In this document: positions 40,841-53,970 of the stretch, one piece after another | How positions within the stretch are numbered: the stretch's first letter is position 1 | How the letters are laid out: each line of letters begins with the position of its first letter | From: Chlorokybus atmophyticus | Taxonomy: Eukaryota; Plantae; Mesostigma and Chlorokybus algae | DNA: 64,000 bases | Direction of reading: 5' to 3' | Assembly: GCA_009103225.1 (NCBI GenBank) | Contig: RHPI01002262.1 | Coordinates: 1,230,466-1,294,465 of the forward strand | Notes under the pieces: generated by a model | The model's database searches: none | The model's input: only the letters and a program-made list of their open reading frames with translations | Told to the model about the DNA's origin: nothing | Made by a program: the position numbers and the translations under genes

Positions 40841-43324
40841 CTATTGCCACTTGCAATGGAGTTCACAAAACGAGTGCGACGGATCTTGTTAACATGCCCC
40901 TTTTTTCAGTGAATAAAGATGCGATGCATAAGCGCAACATAAGAGCGGGCAGCTCACATTCGTGATGTGGCTACGCATTGACCAAGCTGCGCTTGATTCT
41001 TCTCGGGGCATGTGCACTTATATTTGATTTGGTAGCAACCAACCCTAACCCTCATACGTGTCATTAAGCACCGCGGGCAGGTTATATCTACTAAACGGCT
41101 CGCCTTTACTATCAACGACTATTGATTGCTTGAGCTTGCTCAATTTTTTTCAGCAAGCATCATGCAAGTTGTGTTCGCTGTCCTTGCAGCAAGGACATCG
41201 AGCACAACTTACAACGGCATCTATGTAGACTTGCCAATGCTCGGACGATCCCCTCAGATCAATGTTGCGGCGCACAATCCCGCGCATCAACTGTAGTAGT
41301 ACTGCAGACGATGGCACAAGCATCGTCGTATGCTTCAGGTTGGTTGCTCCATTAATGTATACTATCGGCCTCACCATGCCATTGCACAGCACATATGAGC
41401 ATTTGGTGTAATGTGAGGGGATGGCCGCTGGTGTGATTAATTGTCCATGTATGTCGCAAATTTTGCACGGTGACTGACCAAGCACTGAGTGACTGACGGG
41501 TGCCTGAGCCTGCCTGAGCCTGCCTGCCGCTGCCTGAAATGCTACTTCTGGGCTGTTGGGTTTGTCGATGGCTTATGTCGACTGACGCAGACGGCTGCGG
41601 GCCGAAAGTGGTTGTCAGTGGCACTGGCCGGCCGAGAGTTGTCAACCGGTTACCCTTTGGTCGATGTGCACAGACGGCCGTTAGCCGGTAATCACAAACA
41701 TCTGATAGCAATATCCGACAGTTTCCTTGCCGTTACACTGCTGTTGGTATGTGACCCTTACCGTTTGACAAAAATTGGCAATTCTTGCCGTAAGCCATCA
41801 CTAACATGCCATGCAGCTTGTACAAACCTTGGACGGATTGTTTGGTCTTGCAACTATAAACCCACAATACATACAACGTACAGGCAGTGGTGAGAGTATG
41901 TCCACTTGCAACTGAGCAGCCGACTTGCGCATGAAACTACCTACAACATTGACTCTAGCTGTCGCACTCATGCGCAGCTTGTCACCCCGTGGTGCCTGCC
42001 TCAGAACTCCTCCTCAACCCCCTCCTCCTGTTCCTCCTCCAACAATCTTCTGCTTCAACATCAGAGTCATCGTCATCTGCAGCCTCGCTCGCTGACAATA
42101 CAGCGGCTACTTCGTCCTTCAGCATGAATGTCAGCACCTCGCCGTGCACGCGCATGCGCTTAATGGTCGCTTTGAGAGTGACCACCTGCATTTGGTATTG
42201 CTGTAAGAGTGGCGTGCTGCTAGAGGACTAGCCCATTACTATACAGATGCTTACCTTGACTTCCGCTCTGTTGCTCTCCGCCAGACAGACAGTCAGCCTG
42301 CCGCGCTGCTCGTGGTTCACTTTGACCAACATGGCAATCTGGAAGCATACTGCTTAATTGCCGCTGAAAACATTAACCTATGTCATGGATTACCCGTTCG
42401 TGGTACTCCGCAGCTTCTCTTTTGTGACTTGTAAGCTCCCGTAAGTAGAAATAGGCTGTGCATTTGCGAGATTGGTCATGCTGTTCATGTGCATGACACT
42501 GGAGGCTGTGCATGAGGGTGTGCATGTGGTATTGACAGTGTCTGTCATGTGCAAGATACTTGAGGCTGTGCATGTGCAAGATAAAAGCACCCTAGCATGT
42601 GGCATTGATAGTGCATCGGAACCCACCTTGGTTATGCCTGTCTTGTTGGGTCCCTTCAATCATCATCATCATCGTCACGGTGGTCGCAGCTGCTGGTGGG
42701 TTGGATGTTTTTAGAGGCAGTCTCATACCGCCTCCAATAATTGTGGTGTACCTTTGCCCACTCAGAGGGTGAGCCCTATAAGATACCGCCCAAGTCACTG
42801 TTGTCATTGGCTGTGCCCTTGGTAGGCATGGTGGGGTTTGACACCAAGGGCACCCCAACGGCACCTTGCCCGCCCTGTGCAAACATGGGCTTCATCACGG
42901 ACCTCAGGTCCGGGATGAAGCGTGGGCGTTGTGGTCGAGCCTCGACCACAACGCCCACTACGCCCCTGGCAGCGCCACCAACGATTTACCAAACGCCACA
43001 TACCCTCTGCATCATAGCTCTGTAAGGGCATAGCTTGGTGGAGCCATCAATGGTGTTTTCATGCGCAGGGACTGGCATTGCCAGCGCTTGACAATGGTAC
43101 GAACTGCCGTTGCCATTGTACAAAGGTACCATTTCAATGGTACTTTTTGGCAAAGGCATCTTCGTATCATTGAAGCGATTCAATCATGATATGCAGACTC
43201 ACCCCACCCTGGACGTGCAATGGCTCGATTGTACCATAGTAATGGTACAACGGAGCCGTCACGCCAATGATTGGCGGCCAAGTTTCCCGCCTCTGGCATG
43301 CAAGGGTAGCAGCGGCGGCTGTGC

Positions 43325-46218
43325 GTGTTGCTGGATATGATGATGCAGGTTACATTGGCGACACCTGTGTCGACGTCAGTAGTAAGCTATGGGAGTCCTT
43401 TGTCCGTATTGCCACATGCGCTTCGCCACACGTACCTCGGTACATGCACATTGTTAGCAGCAGGGTGTGCAAGCAAATCAAGCTGTATGTCGGCCAGCTT
43501 CCATATCAGTACGATGCGGGTCATGTTGAACCGGCGAGTTCGATCTAGAATGCGCACATGCTTGATGCTGAAGGACCCCTGCAAGAGACACACGCACAAC
43601 AGCAACAGAAGGAGGAGGAAGTGAACGAGGGCTTTCGATGTGTGCGTGTGCTTGAGAACCCTGTGGCACGCCAACATGGAAGTGGAGGCGTCCCTTCGCA
43701 CGCGTCGGAATTCAGGTGGTATGGCTTGGAGCATGCTCTTGCAGTGGCATTCGTGCAGTGCAACAACGGCCAAGGCCTGTCGGCCTCTAATATGGGGCGG
43801 ATCATCAAGTGCATTCAATCTGCACACTTGCTGACGGAAGAGATCCAGGGAGACTAGTCTGCATGTGGCCAGCTACTTCCGAACCACAATTTTTTCTCTT
43901 AGTCTGAAGTGTGTTCACGGTGTGCGGTGCATGTGCTTCAACCATCAGAGCCATGTCACATATGCACATGCGAGTGTGCTGACGTATCAGAACTGCGTGA
44001 TGGCTGACCTGCGCAAGTCTGGAGACCCTGAGGATCAAGACATCAGCGTCACATATATGCCGGCCAAGGTTTGTGAAATGCAGTATCTAATGCAGTATCT
44101 AATCTGAGGCCAGCATGCCTGATAATGCTCTTGGTCGGAGCAGGTATGGCTCGCGCGATTGTATGGCAATCCACATGCCGCTAATGGCTTCAATCTCCAG
44201 TATAGTGGTGACGAGCACAGCTTTGGGCATCCTTCCACGGGCGATTGGTGGAAGGATGTGGAGATGGATTTGAGAAGAGAGGTGGGGGAAGCATCCTACT
44301 TGGCGCCTGCCATTCTGTACAGAGCCAAGACCACGCTAGACAGCGCGGGCAAGCGCTCTGGCTACCCTTTGATGGCATCGCTTGCCAACTATAGTCGGGA
44401 CATGTATGCTAGCAACATGGGGGTTGTAATGATAGCGCTTATTCCGGTGGTTCACGCAGTGGCCGGGCATCCCACCTGGGCGCAGGGCAAGGAATCGTTT
44501 CCAAATCGAAAACGTGAGATTTTCCATAACGCTTTGAATGTAGTGTTAGGGGATGTGAAGCGGGCGAGCTGGGAAGGTCTGCAGCTCATCGACTCGAATG
44601 GCATCGAGCGTCGTGTGTTTCCCGCGCTTGCCAACTACATCAGCAACTTGCAGGTAGTGGGCATGCATGGTTATAACCGGATGCAGCCTGCCGGCAACCA
44701 ATGCATGGAGGATGTTGTCGATGGAGCTTCTGAGTTTGTCGTGTTGCAGGAGATTGCCGCACTCGCACGCACTGTGTCGGGCAACCAAGCACGACATCCT
44801 TGCGATGGTTGTCTTGTCACCAAATCAGATCCTTTAGAGATGGATGAGGACCAGGAATTGAGAACCGAGGCTTTCTACACACCAGCAATACGACAGCTGC
44901 GGGCGGACCTGCATAGCGGCATTGGGAATGCACGCCAGACAGCCAAGGCTTTCAAAGAGCAGCACTCCATGTATGTCGAGGAGGTAATGGTCAAATTATC
45001 GGCATTCGTGACAATGGATGGCTTTCCGTGTAACTAGGCAATGTGGTTTGGCAACAGAATGCACTGTGGGGTTGGCGACAGTCGCGGGTGCCGGGAGCTG
45101 ACTGCTACTCTCGTCTTGTCCCTGACGTAATGCATGTGCTGGGAGGCATCATTGACCACATGCTTGCTGCTGTGTACGACGCTGCGAAGGAACGCATGCG
45201 TCCATCTACGAGACAAATTCAGCAGGCCAGGCACGTCTTTGGTGTTGCTTTTGTGATGAACACAAAAGCCAATGACACGTGCTCACAAGCAGATGTGCAC
45301 AGGCTGAATGCATGCAAGGCGACTCTACGAGTTTCACACTTTAAGGCAGCCACAAGCAAAGTAGATTTCTTCTTGTCCGACCACTCCTTTCAGGTGGTGG
45401 AGAAAGTGGCGGTGCTGCAGCTGCTGCCGGTCCTTGCAGAAAGTTTGCTGCTCAATAGTAAGGGCGACGATTTCTTCACCATTGCTGCCGCATCGCTTGC
45501 CCAATGGAACAAGAAGTTGCTCAAGGCGCATAAACACACAAGAGAGACCCTGACCACAGCCGACAACGAGCTAGCTGCCTTCAAATTTGCAGTGTTGCAT
45601 CCGCTACTGTTGTCATATTCTGCACAGAAGTCAAGTTGGAAGATTGAGAAGATGCATCAGCTCACTCATTTTGGGCCGGCAATTGTCAGCAGTGGACACC
45701 CAATTTGGTTCAGTGCCAACCGCATGGAGCAGATGCACGCTCAAAGTATCAAACAGTGGGCGCGTGGTGGCAACAACCGGGATTGCCAGGCGCGTATCCT
45801 GAAGGCATGGAGCTGTGCGGAATTTGTGAGAGAGGATGGCATGGTCGTGCATCCCGAAATGCGCTTGGTCATGGCGCAGGCGCGGCAGTAGTGCTGTAAT
45901 GTAATGGAGAAGACTGACAAGTTGCTACAGATGGATGTGCTGACAAGGAGGGAGTCCAGCCCGTACTGGAGCGGTTCTGCGCGTAGCTGCCAAGTCGCCC
46001 TGAAGACTCCATTTGCCAACAAGCTGCCTGCCACCCTGAAAAGCTGGTTTTGGAGGGAACAACTAGTGTTGGCCGACGGGTGGCGTGCTGTTCGCATGGT
46101 GAACGAAGGCACAGCGGTGTACATGACATCAGGAGCCAGCATGGCGCGCGCAACTAGGATGTTCCTAGGCGGCCTTGGTTCTCTACACTTGAGTTGGAAG
46201 GTGATGAGGACGGTGTGA
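43325..46218 (+). mobile_element. Plavaka-like (CACTA-related) DDE transposase, degenerate
   Basis: HPSTGDWWKDVE, APAILYRAKTTL (family has SDKT), GYPLMASLAN, VPDVMHVLGG, WKIEKMHQLTHFG..I...G....FSANRMEQMH. Predicted catalytic Asp positions appear substituted (RAKT; YISN for YxxD) and the frame is interrupted. Confidence 0.72.
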
Positions 46219-46856
46219 ACGTGACGTGATGAGCTCAGACACTCCTTTTTTTGCGCGTGGTGGTGTGGGGTGGTAGCGGCGAGCGCGTGTGGCACCGGTA
46301 ATTTTGTGACCCCCCGAATCCTGCTTATTCACGCCATTTCGTCTGAATATTAATGACTTGATCCGTTTCACGCCTTTTGTCCGTGAATATCCAACGGTTA
46401 TTGTACTTTCTGTCCCATCCCTGCCAAAGGAACAGCGTTCTTCACCCGCAAGACGCATTCAACGTACATACCACTGAACCTCGTTTCAACCCGTACACTT
46501 TGGATTTTGAACTGAGTATTTCGTGCATATTCAAGGTCAGTTAAGTTATACTTGATGAACGATATGGTACAATGAATTGTCAGTGCCCAAACAGCAGAAT
46601 AATCACCCAGCGTGTGTGGTGCTGGCTACGGCTTGCCGCGAAAACCCTGAGTCCTAAATACCATTCTATAGTCACCGTCATATTCAGGCAACATATAGCA
46701 TGAAATACACCAAGTGCCAAGTGCCATTGAATGTTCAACACCACTTGGCAAAACTGCCGCTGTAAAATTACACTAAGTCCTAAGTGCCATTGAAAAGGCA
46801 AGCATGCTAATGGCTTGCATTCAAACTTCTATTAAGCACAAAGTTAGCTTGGGGTA

Positions 46857-46916
46857 CTATTACACAGCTGGCCAATGAACCTGTGCTATTACACAGCTGG
46901 TCAATGAACCTGTGCT
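46857..46916. repeat. 29-bp tandem duplication between the converging transposase genes
   Basis: CTATTACACAGCTGG(C/T)CAATGAACCTGTG x2. Confidence 0.9.
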
Positions 46917-46955
46917 TCTGACTACAATTTAGCTATATACCAACCGCCTGCTACT

Positions 46956-48828
46956 TCACATCCGCCGTGATGTTTGCTGTGCTGGCATGTTGTCCATGAG
47001 TGTTCGCAGTCGTCTCCTGAAGCTGTCTGCCTCTTTTGGACGAAACCAATCCTTTTGCATATGCGTTGCACACACCCACACCATCTGGTTGCTCAACACA
47101 TGTAAACCTACACGACTTTGCACTAAGGCAGCTTCCATATGGAGACATTCCAATGCATGAGCTGTACCTGCTGAAATACGGGGCGTTTTGCTCGATTGGA
47201 CCAGCTTGTATCCCATCCATAAACTTGTCAAGGTAAACCATGACAAACAGCCCGCACGCAACTCCATCCCTCTGCTGAGGGACCTGCACAAACACGCTAT
47301 GTCAATGCGGGCGAACCAAACGTATGTGCATCTACATAGGGATTGTGCCGGGAGAGGGCGTGACCTCATCACCAGGCCAAAACAACATGTCCTACCTGTG
47401 GATCAAGTAGCGGGACGTTTTTTGCGGGAGAGAAGCGCTGTTGCGACTCACTTCCATGCTTCCTGCCCCACATATAGTTTGGATAAGCGCGCATTGGTCC
47501 GTCGACGTTGCGATGTAGACCAAGGGAGTCGAGATGGACGATCAAGGGCGGCGTGTTGCTTCCAAGTTCCCCTCCAGGATTGCACACCAGCAGCAGACTC
47601 CAGTGAGTCCTGTGGCATGCAGACTTCAAAGTGAGTCCATGCGAGCAAGTACAGCAGCACTGCAGTGCGAGAACTTGGCTTCACTCTGAGCGGCTGTCTG
47701 GGTTGACAATTGCTGCCAGCAAGTTCTTGGAAAACGGATCGTTCTCCCACCTATCTATCATGTGATTGCCACTGTGCCAGCTATGTTGTTCATGGCAGTG
47801 CACAATCTTGGTGTAGAAGTGCGGGTTGAACAGCCTCACGTGAATGCCTTCAGCTCTGCCTACGACCTCCTCTTCCTTATATATGCGCATGCGTGACACA
47901 TACATGACACAGCTGCACAACACCAACAACGCAAGGCTCATACCTGCAAAAGAAGTGGAGCACGGTGTCGTTGAGCTCCTGTCTGCCGTCCAGCAACTTT
48001 CTGTCCGCTTCAAACACTGGCACCGCATCACGTGCATTTGCACTAGGGTAAATGAACAGGGGCACAGGTGTTGACGCCTCAACTTCAGCACCCGGCCCGT
48101 CCAGCACCATGATGTCATCATCGCTGTCCACGAGGTCCACAACTGCTGCAGCCGTCGTGGTTCTCTGACTTGGGTGCTGGCGACGTTCCCCGTTGGCATC
48201 CTCATCATCAAGTTCCATCGGGACTGGCTCTGCAGCGTAAAAAGGTATGATTATGCAATAAGCGCCGCAACGCAAACCAAGAAGCGCCAGCACGTTGCTG
48301 CTTACCACTCATATCCTCATCCCCGCACTCTTGAACAAAGCTTTTACCCACGCTCTCAGTCGGTGGTTGTGAAACCCTACCGCTGCTGCCCGGCAGAGAA
48401 CGACGCGCGAGGCTATCCCTTGGAAGCTGTGCCGGAGCCCCACCTTTTTCGTATGCAGCGCATTGCGAGCATGTGACCGAAAAGATGTTACCAACAGCAT
48501 GACGTTGACAGAGGCTGTTTGGGCATGTCGCGCATACTTGTCGAGCTGGTTCATTGCATCTGTGCACATGGCACCTGCGTTCTAGTGATCATTTTAGAAC
48601 TTGTCGACTTCAGACACCATGCATTCCCTGAATACTGAAGCTTACTTGTGCCTTGGGCATTTCCAATGGTCATCTTCCACAGGTGGTACAGTGACGCAGC
48701 GTGCGTGGTAGCTCTTCCAGCAGCCTTCTGCATCACAGCCGAATATGCTACCGCCATCGTTGCAGACAAAGCAATAGTCTTCGTGTTCACGATTCTCCAA
48801 TGCATCCAGCTCTAGCCCCGGTCTCATC
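46956..48828 (-). CDS. PHD finger, C5HCH finger, SIM-like segment and Ulp1/SENP (C48, SENP6/7-like) SUMO protease; probably the 3' part of the CACTA transposase transcript
   Basis: HEDYCFVCNDGGSIFGCDAEGCWKSYHARC...WKCPRH|KCHVHRC...CATCPNSLCQRH; VVDLVDSDDDIMVLD; LFIYP...ELNDTVLHFF; LFNPHFYTKI; ETHWSLLLVCNPG; HLDSL; VPQQRDGVACGLF; WFRPKEADSFRRRLRTL*. His/Asp/Cys triad and oxyanion Gln are present. Confidence 0.85.
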
Positions 48829-49053
48829 CTGCAAACCAAGGTCAGGTGCCCAGATCAGCAGTCACACAACAGTAGGTATATGCAGCATCACAATAGCAAA
48901 GAGTACCTCATGTACTCAAAATGCCAGTCACGGCGTGTGGTCCACGACACCTTGCTCGAAGCGCTGTTGGTTTCGCTGTGGTCACCCTGCAACATGTGCA
49001 TGTACACAAGATGGTTGTATGTGATGCCAAGACCCGGGAACTATGAGGACACC

Positions 49054-52000
49054 GAGATTCTCACAAACAAATCTGCTCTCACCGGAGTGTCGCGGTGCAC
49101 ACCTCGGCGCATGAGGCTTCGCCTGTCTTTGACAAGCGCTACTGTTATTTTGGTGTCATACGGGTCAATACCCTCAAACCACTTGCCCTTGACCTGCCAG
49201 CAAGGACGTGTATCACCCAAGCTCACTCTACCATCAACTCGCAAAAACCGCTGCAACACATTTACTTACTAGGTTGCAATCAAGATAGATTTGTTCTGCA
49301 AAGCGGAGCTTGTCTTTCCTCAGAATTGCAAAGCCTCCCATGTGCTGCACCTGGTTGCTCATGTACCACCTCGCTCTGAGGAGCTGGTGCTCCCAACCGG
49401 CTACCATGACAACATAAAAAGACTGCACCCTCCCATACCAGTGGACCTTCTTGGTTGGGTCATTTGAGTCACGCCCAACGGTAAACACTCCGCAGTCCAT
49501 AGTGCGGAGCTTCTTCTCAGTGTCCTTTGCTCTGAACTGGCCAATGTCCTTGTAGCGCGCTCTGTAGTAACTCATGATGTACTTTGGAAAAATGGGACCA
49601 CTCAACAGCTCCATCTCGTGTTTTGTAAGCTCCCTATCAGGTCCACGCCAATGATGCAGCTCAGTTATGTGCTCCATGTCACTAGTCACGAGATTCCCTT
49701 GTGCTTGGGCCCCGCGTGTCTTCTGCCGTTTTTGAACAGCCCGACTGAATTCTCTGTTTACCAACCCATTGTGGACTCATAATATGCAGGGCACATTGCG
49801 TACCAAACAACGATTGCTAAAGCAACTTACTCTTTTAGCTGCATGTACTCATCGTCATTTTCGGCCAACCACCACTCCAGCTCATGCCTGATCTTGCTAT
49901 CTTTCTCACACTCAACACGGTGTCTGCGCCCGCAGAGGACATAGTCATCATCATCTCGCTCCTTGCCCGATTGCAGACTGATGCCGACGAAAAGCCTCTT
50001 CAAGGTGTCCATGTAAGTGTTCAACATGAGCTGGATGGAGTATCTGCAAACATAACTTGCATTTAACACAAGTCAAAGAACGAGAGTACGAAAAAGGTTG
50101 CATGCAACTTTCAGTTGGCCTAGACTTGCCTTTTGCAGATGCTTGCTTCCACATGCTGCCTGGCAGAAATCATGCGCTTCACCTACTGCATAAACCGTTC
50201 GTCGGCCCACTCCCAGTGATCGCGCACCGGACCAAGCCACATGCATTGCTCTGGTAGATGGCCAAGGAGGTGCAGCATCATTGTGAGCAAAGTCCGCGGG
50301 AAGAACAGCTCCACCTCAGACTGTGCCTCATGTACCAGCACCTGCGATGAATAATGCAAGTCATGCAACCTGTAGAAGCTAAGCATACACATGAAAGGTA
50401 TGGTTAAAGCCCTAACCTGCAGTTCTTCAAGGTGTGACTGCTTCACTTCAAATGCAGTCAGCCGCTGATAGATGTCGCAGAGTTTGAGGATTGTTTTCTT
50501 CTGATCTTTTCCAATGTCATGAGCAGAGCGCAGCACGTACTGGTAAATCACGGACCACAAGTTGTGCTTGTCGTGCGATTTCATCGAGCCTATGTGCTCA
50601 CTACATCAGATTGTTAAGTAGACACAATGTGCAATGCGAGGACACTGAGTTGATTTGCACGCAATTGAGAACCATGGTGGTTGTCTCACCTAAATGCTTG
50701 GTGAAAGATTGCAGCTTAGAGCCGAAAGTGCTTGGAACCCTCACGCCTGAGAGTAATTGCTCAACCAGCCCTGCATCCGTGATTGCCCATGGAGCCTGAG
50801 GTTTGACCTTAACCGCAACTTCGTGACCGTCTTTCGTCATCATCTCTGTCTGCAACGCATCATCACAAAGTCACACGAGTTGGCAGGCAGTCATCACAAG
50901 TGTCGCATAAGCCTGCAATACATGTAGCCAGAGTTCTGGCATACGACCTTGCTGCTGCAGATCTTCTCGAGTCTCATTGCTGTCGCGCAACCCAGCAAGC
51001 AAATTGGCCAAATTGGTTGCGAGATTGGCAAAAATGTGCATAGGGCCAATCACATGACCTTTTACAGATTTCTGTAAAGGCATCCAATAGGGAAGGTCGT
51101 GAAAACAGCTTAGGCCAAGGATTCCGGAGGACTTTGAAGGATGTTTCTTGGAGTGAAGTGGTCGCTTGCTGTTGCGGGATGTCATGGCGTACCTGATCAC
51201 ATGGCATCCATTGGTGAAGCTTGATTGACATAGCTACGTTCAGCAATGTCAATTGATTGGTTGCTCACCGGTACACACTTTCTGCAGTCCGCATGGCAGG
51301 TGGAGGTCTGTGTTCTGGTTGGGGCCAACGCTCATCAACTCGGTAGGGATGGTCATCTGGTAAGTACCGGCGGTAGCCTTGATAAATCACCTTTTTGAGG
51401 AGTTCCACATGTTCTCCACTGCACTCGCATTTGGAACAGCCAAAGATGGCTCCATGAGCCATCTGCATGGCTGCTTTTGCCAGAGCTGCGCAACCATCTT
51501 TACATGTTTCAAAGAAGGCAAACATGGTTGCCATACCAGTCAAATAGTACATTCATAGACACTGATGGCCAACACTTGCTGCTTGCGTACCTGGGTAATC
51601 GTGGATTACAATCTCCAAGATAGATCTGCACCGGAAAACTTTGTCGCGGTGGCTGTCATATATGTCGATGCCTACAACAAACACCCGCAGCTGAGATGCC
51701 CTACACATTCCAGTCCAGAGCATTTTGAGAGCATGTCTAATGTATCGAGAGCTGGCTTGTTCAAACTACATTGAAACCATACCTTCCCAAAGGGTTCCCA
51801 ACTGGTCAATGATTGGCTTGAGATAGGCTTGTAGATTCTCTGGCTGTTTGGGACCAAGTATCACCGCAGCTAGAAAGGTAGTGTCGGTCTTGTGCATTTT
51901 GGCAATGGGCAGGTTCAGCACAGAGATTGTGACAAGCCAAAATTCATAATTCCCTGCAAGTCCACAAACACCTCGATCAATGCCAACTGTGAATTTACAC

Positions 52001-53681
52001 ACTGCAATGACAGCACAAGTAAAAGGCACAATCACTACCTTTATGCGGATCTTTGAAAGGGCTCATCCCGTCAATAAACATTGCCAGCCGCACATTACGC
52101 AGATCTTTGATAAACCGGATGTAGCGTTTTTATGTATGCTTGAACATTCGCGAGTCTGACAGCAGCAACCACATGAATAATAGTAAACATGTAAGAATTC
52201 AGGCTGCATTGGGCATCAACTTGTCAATCCACACTGCCATATACATACCGTGTATGGATCGTATAACCCCATCCTTACTGCGATTGGTGTGCGCTGTCAT
52301 CTCCAAAGCGACACTAGGCTTTAGGAAAAAAAAAGAGACCTCAGAGCAGCTGGCACGTCAAAGTAACGTGCAATCTTCCAAGGAACTTGTCGACCTCCAA
52401 TGTTGCGGTGGCGAGGAGCCTTGCAAACTGCAGGCCATAGGAAGTTTGCATGCTAACAGGTGATCCCATGACAACTCAATCACACAAGAAATGCTACAAT
52501 AGCTGACCTTTGCAGATGTTCCTGTTGGCATGTCGGCCATAATACACCATGTGGTCACAACAACAGGCGTCATACGCGTGGAAGCCCATGTTGAGGCTTG
52601 CAAGGCATTTCAGTAGCTCTTCCATGCTGCCTGGCATCTGATTTGCCTTGGGCAAAACAACATCACGCACCAACCTGGCACACAAAGTCAAGTTCAATTG
52701 GAAATTGGACATTGATGTCTTTGCAGAATGTGTTTTGTATAATTTTGCAAACCTCTTATCCACCAACTTTAGCAGTTTGTTCATGAAGTTGAAGGGTATT
52801 CGATGTAGCTGAGTGAGAACCAATAGCAGCATGAAAATGCCCAAAGGGGTTGTACGAGAGCCGGCAACAATAGGGTTGCTTGCATTGTCCAACAGCGCAG
52901 CATTCACCTTGTCAAGCAGCATTGCCTCGTCATTACCATGAGTGTCATACTGCTGCGACTCCACATCGGTATCGGAGTCTTGGTCTACGCCATCACCATC
53001 ACCATCAATTTGCTCCGCATGCACTTGATTAGCGGTTGAGGGGGAGTGCGCTGGCATATCATGCTCGTTCGGAACTGTGTATTCTGGAGTTCTGGCACCT
53101 TGATGTCCTTGAGATACATGATGCTCACTTCCAGAGAATGCTGGGTGCAATTCGCTCTGTTCCCCATGATCACACGGATGACATCCTGCCAACGTGAATA
53201 AATGCACTGGCACATGGACAATGACGTAAGCAATCAATTTGCAATTGGATTAGGTCGTACCTGCTGGGCGCATGTGATGTGCAACATTGACATGAGATGC
53301 AACACTCGTTTGCGATGGCGTGGCTGGGTGCAGTTGTTTAGCAGCGTAGTTCCATGCATGAAGTGTTTCGGTGTGATGGACAGCATCATCTGAAGCAGGC
53401 AAGCTTGGTAATCAGACAGCCTATTGATGAAGTACACCAACTCAGGAAGATTACTCTTGTACCTGACAGCATGTGCGAGGATGCAGCAGCAATAACAGCG
53501 TCAGCCTCTTAAGTTCATCGGGTTCGAGAAGATCACGGTATTGCGGTTCAACAGCTTTAGGAGTGCCCATCCACATCCTTGTGTCATGGTACTCATGGTT
53601 TTTGGCCCTAGTGATGTGCTTGTGTGTGAACACTTTGCTCCCTTGGCAATCTTCGCAGAAACACCTGCGATTGTAGCTCAT
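49054..53681 (-). mobile_element. CACTA/EnSpm transposase (Transposase_21, DUF4218, DUF4216 type), intron-containing, pseudogenised
   Basis: N-terminal CFCEDC; LPKANQMPGS...HAYDACCCD; RQVPWKIARYFDVPAALRSLF; DLRNVRLAMFIDGMSPF; WLVTISVLNLPIAK...ILGPKQPENLQAYLKPIIDQLGTLW; GCSKC; RRYLPDDHPYR; GPMHIFAN; MKSHDKH; FPRTLLTMMLHLLGHL...GPVRDHWEWADERFM; HWYGRVQSFY. In-frame stops at 52455-52453 and 52132-52130 and a frameshift at the A-run 52326-52334. Confidence 0.93.
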
Positions 53682-53970
53682 GCTACAAAGATGTTTAGTC
53701 AACTATTATCCTGGCATGCAACCACCAAACTATCTCGAGCCCTGACCTGATACCGCCGCCGCCGCCGCTGATACCGCCTTCGCCGCCGCTCTAGCATCGC
53801 TGTTGTAGAATTAGGGTTTAGAACCGTCAATCCTAAATTGAAAGCTACATCCAGTATAAGCCGCGGCTTCAATCCGGATGTGCTCTGCAATTTGCGTACG
53901 TGCTCCAGTTTTTCTTCCGTGAAGTGCATCCAGCTACGAGGGTTTGAATGGTAGGTTGCGTGGCGGCAGT

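Noticed and set aside
41036-41052. Interstitial telomere (AACCAACCCTAACCCT)
   Set aside because: Only about two imperfect units, which is expected by chance or as a telo-box.
49041-49259. SRA/YDG domain (RRSLMRRGVHRD)
   Set aside because: Only a 4-residue resemblance; the GGYxDD and YTGxGG motifs are absent. The exon is better explained as the end of DUF4216.
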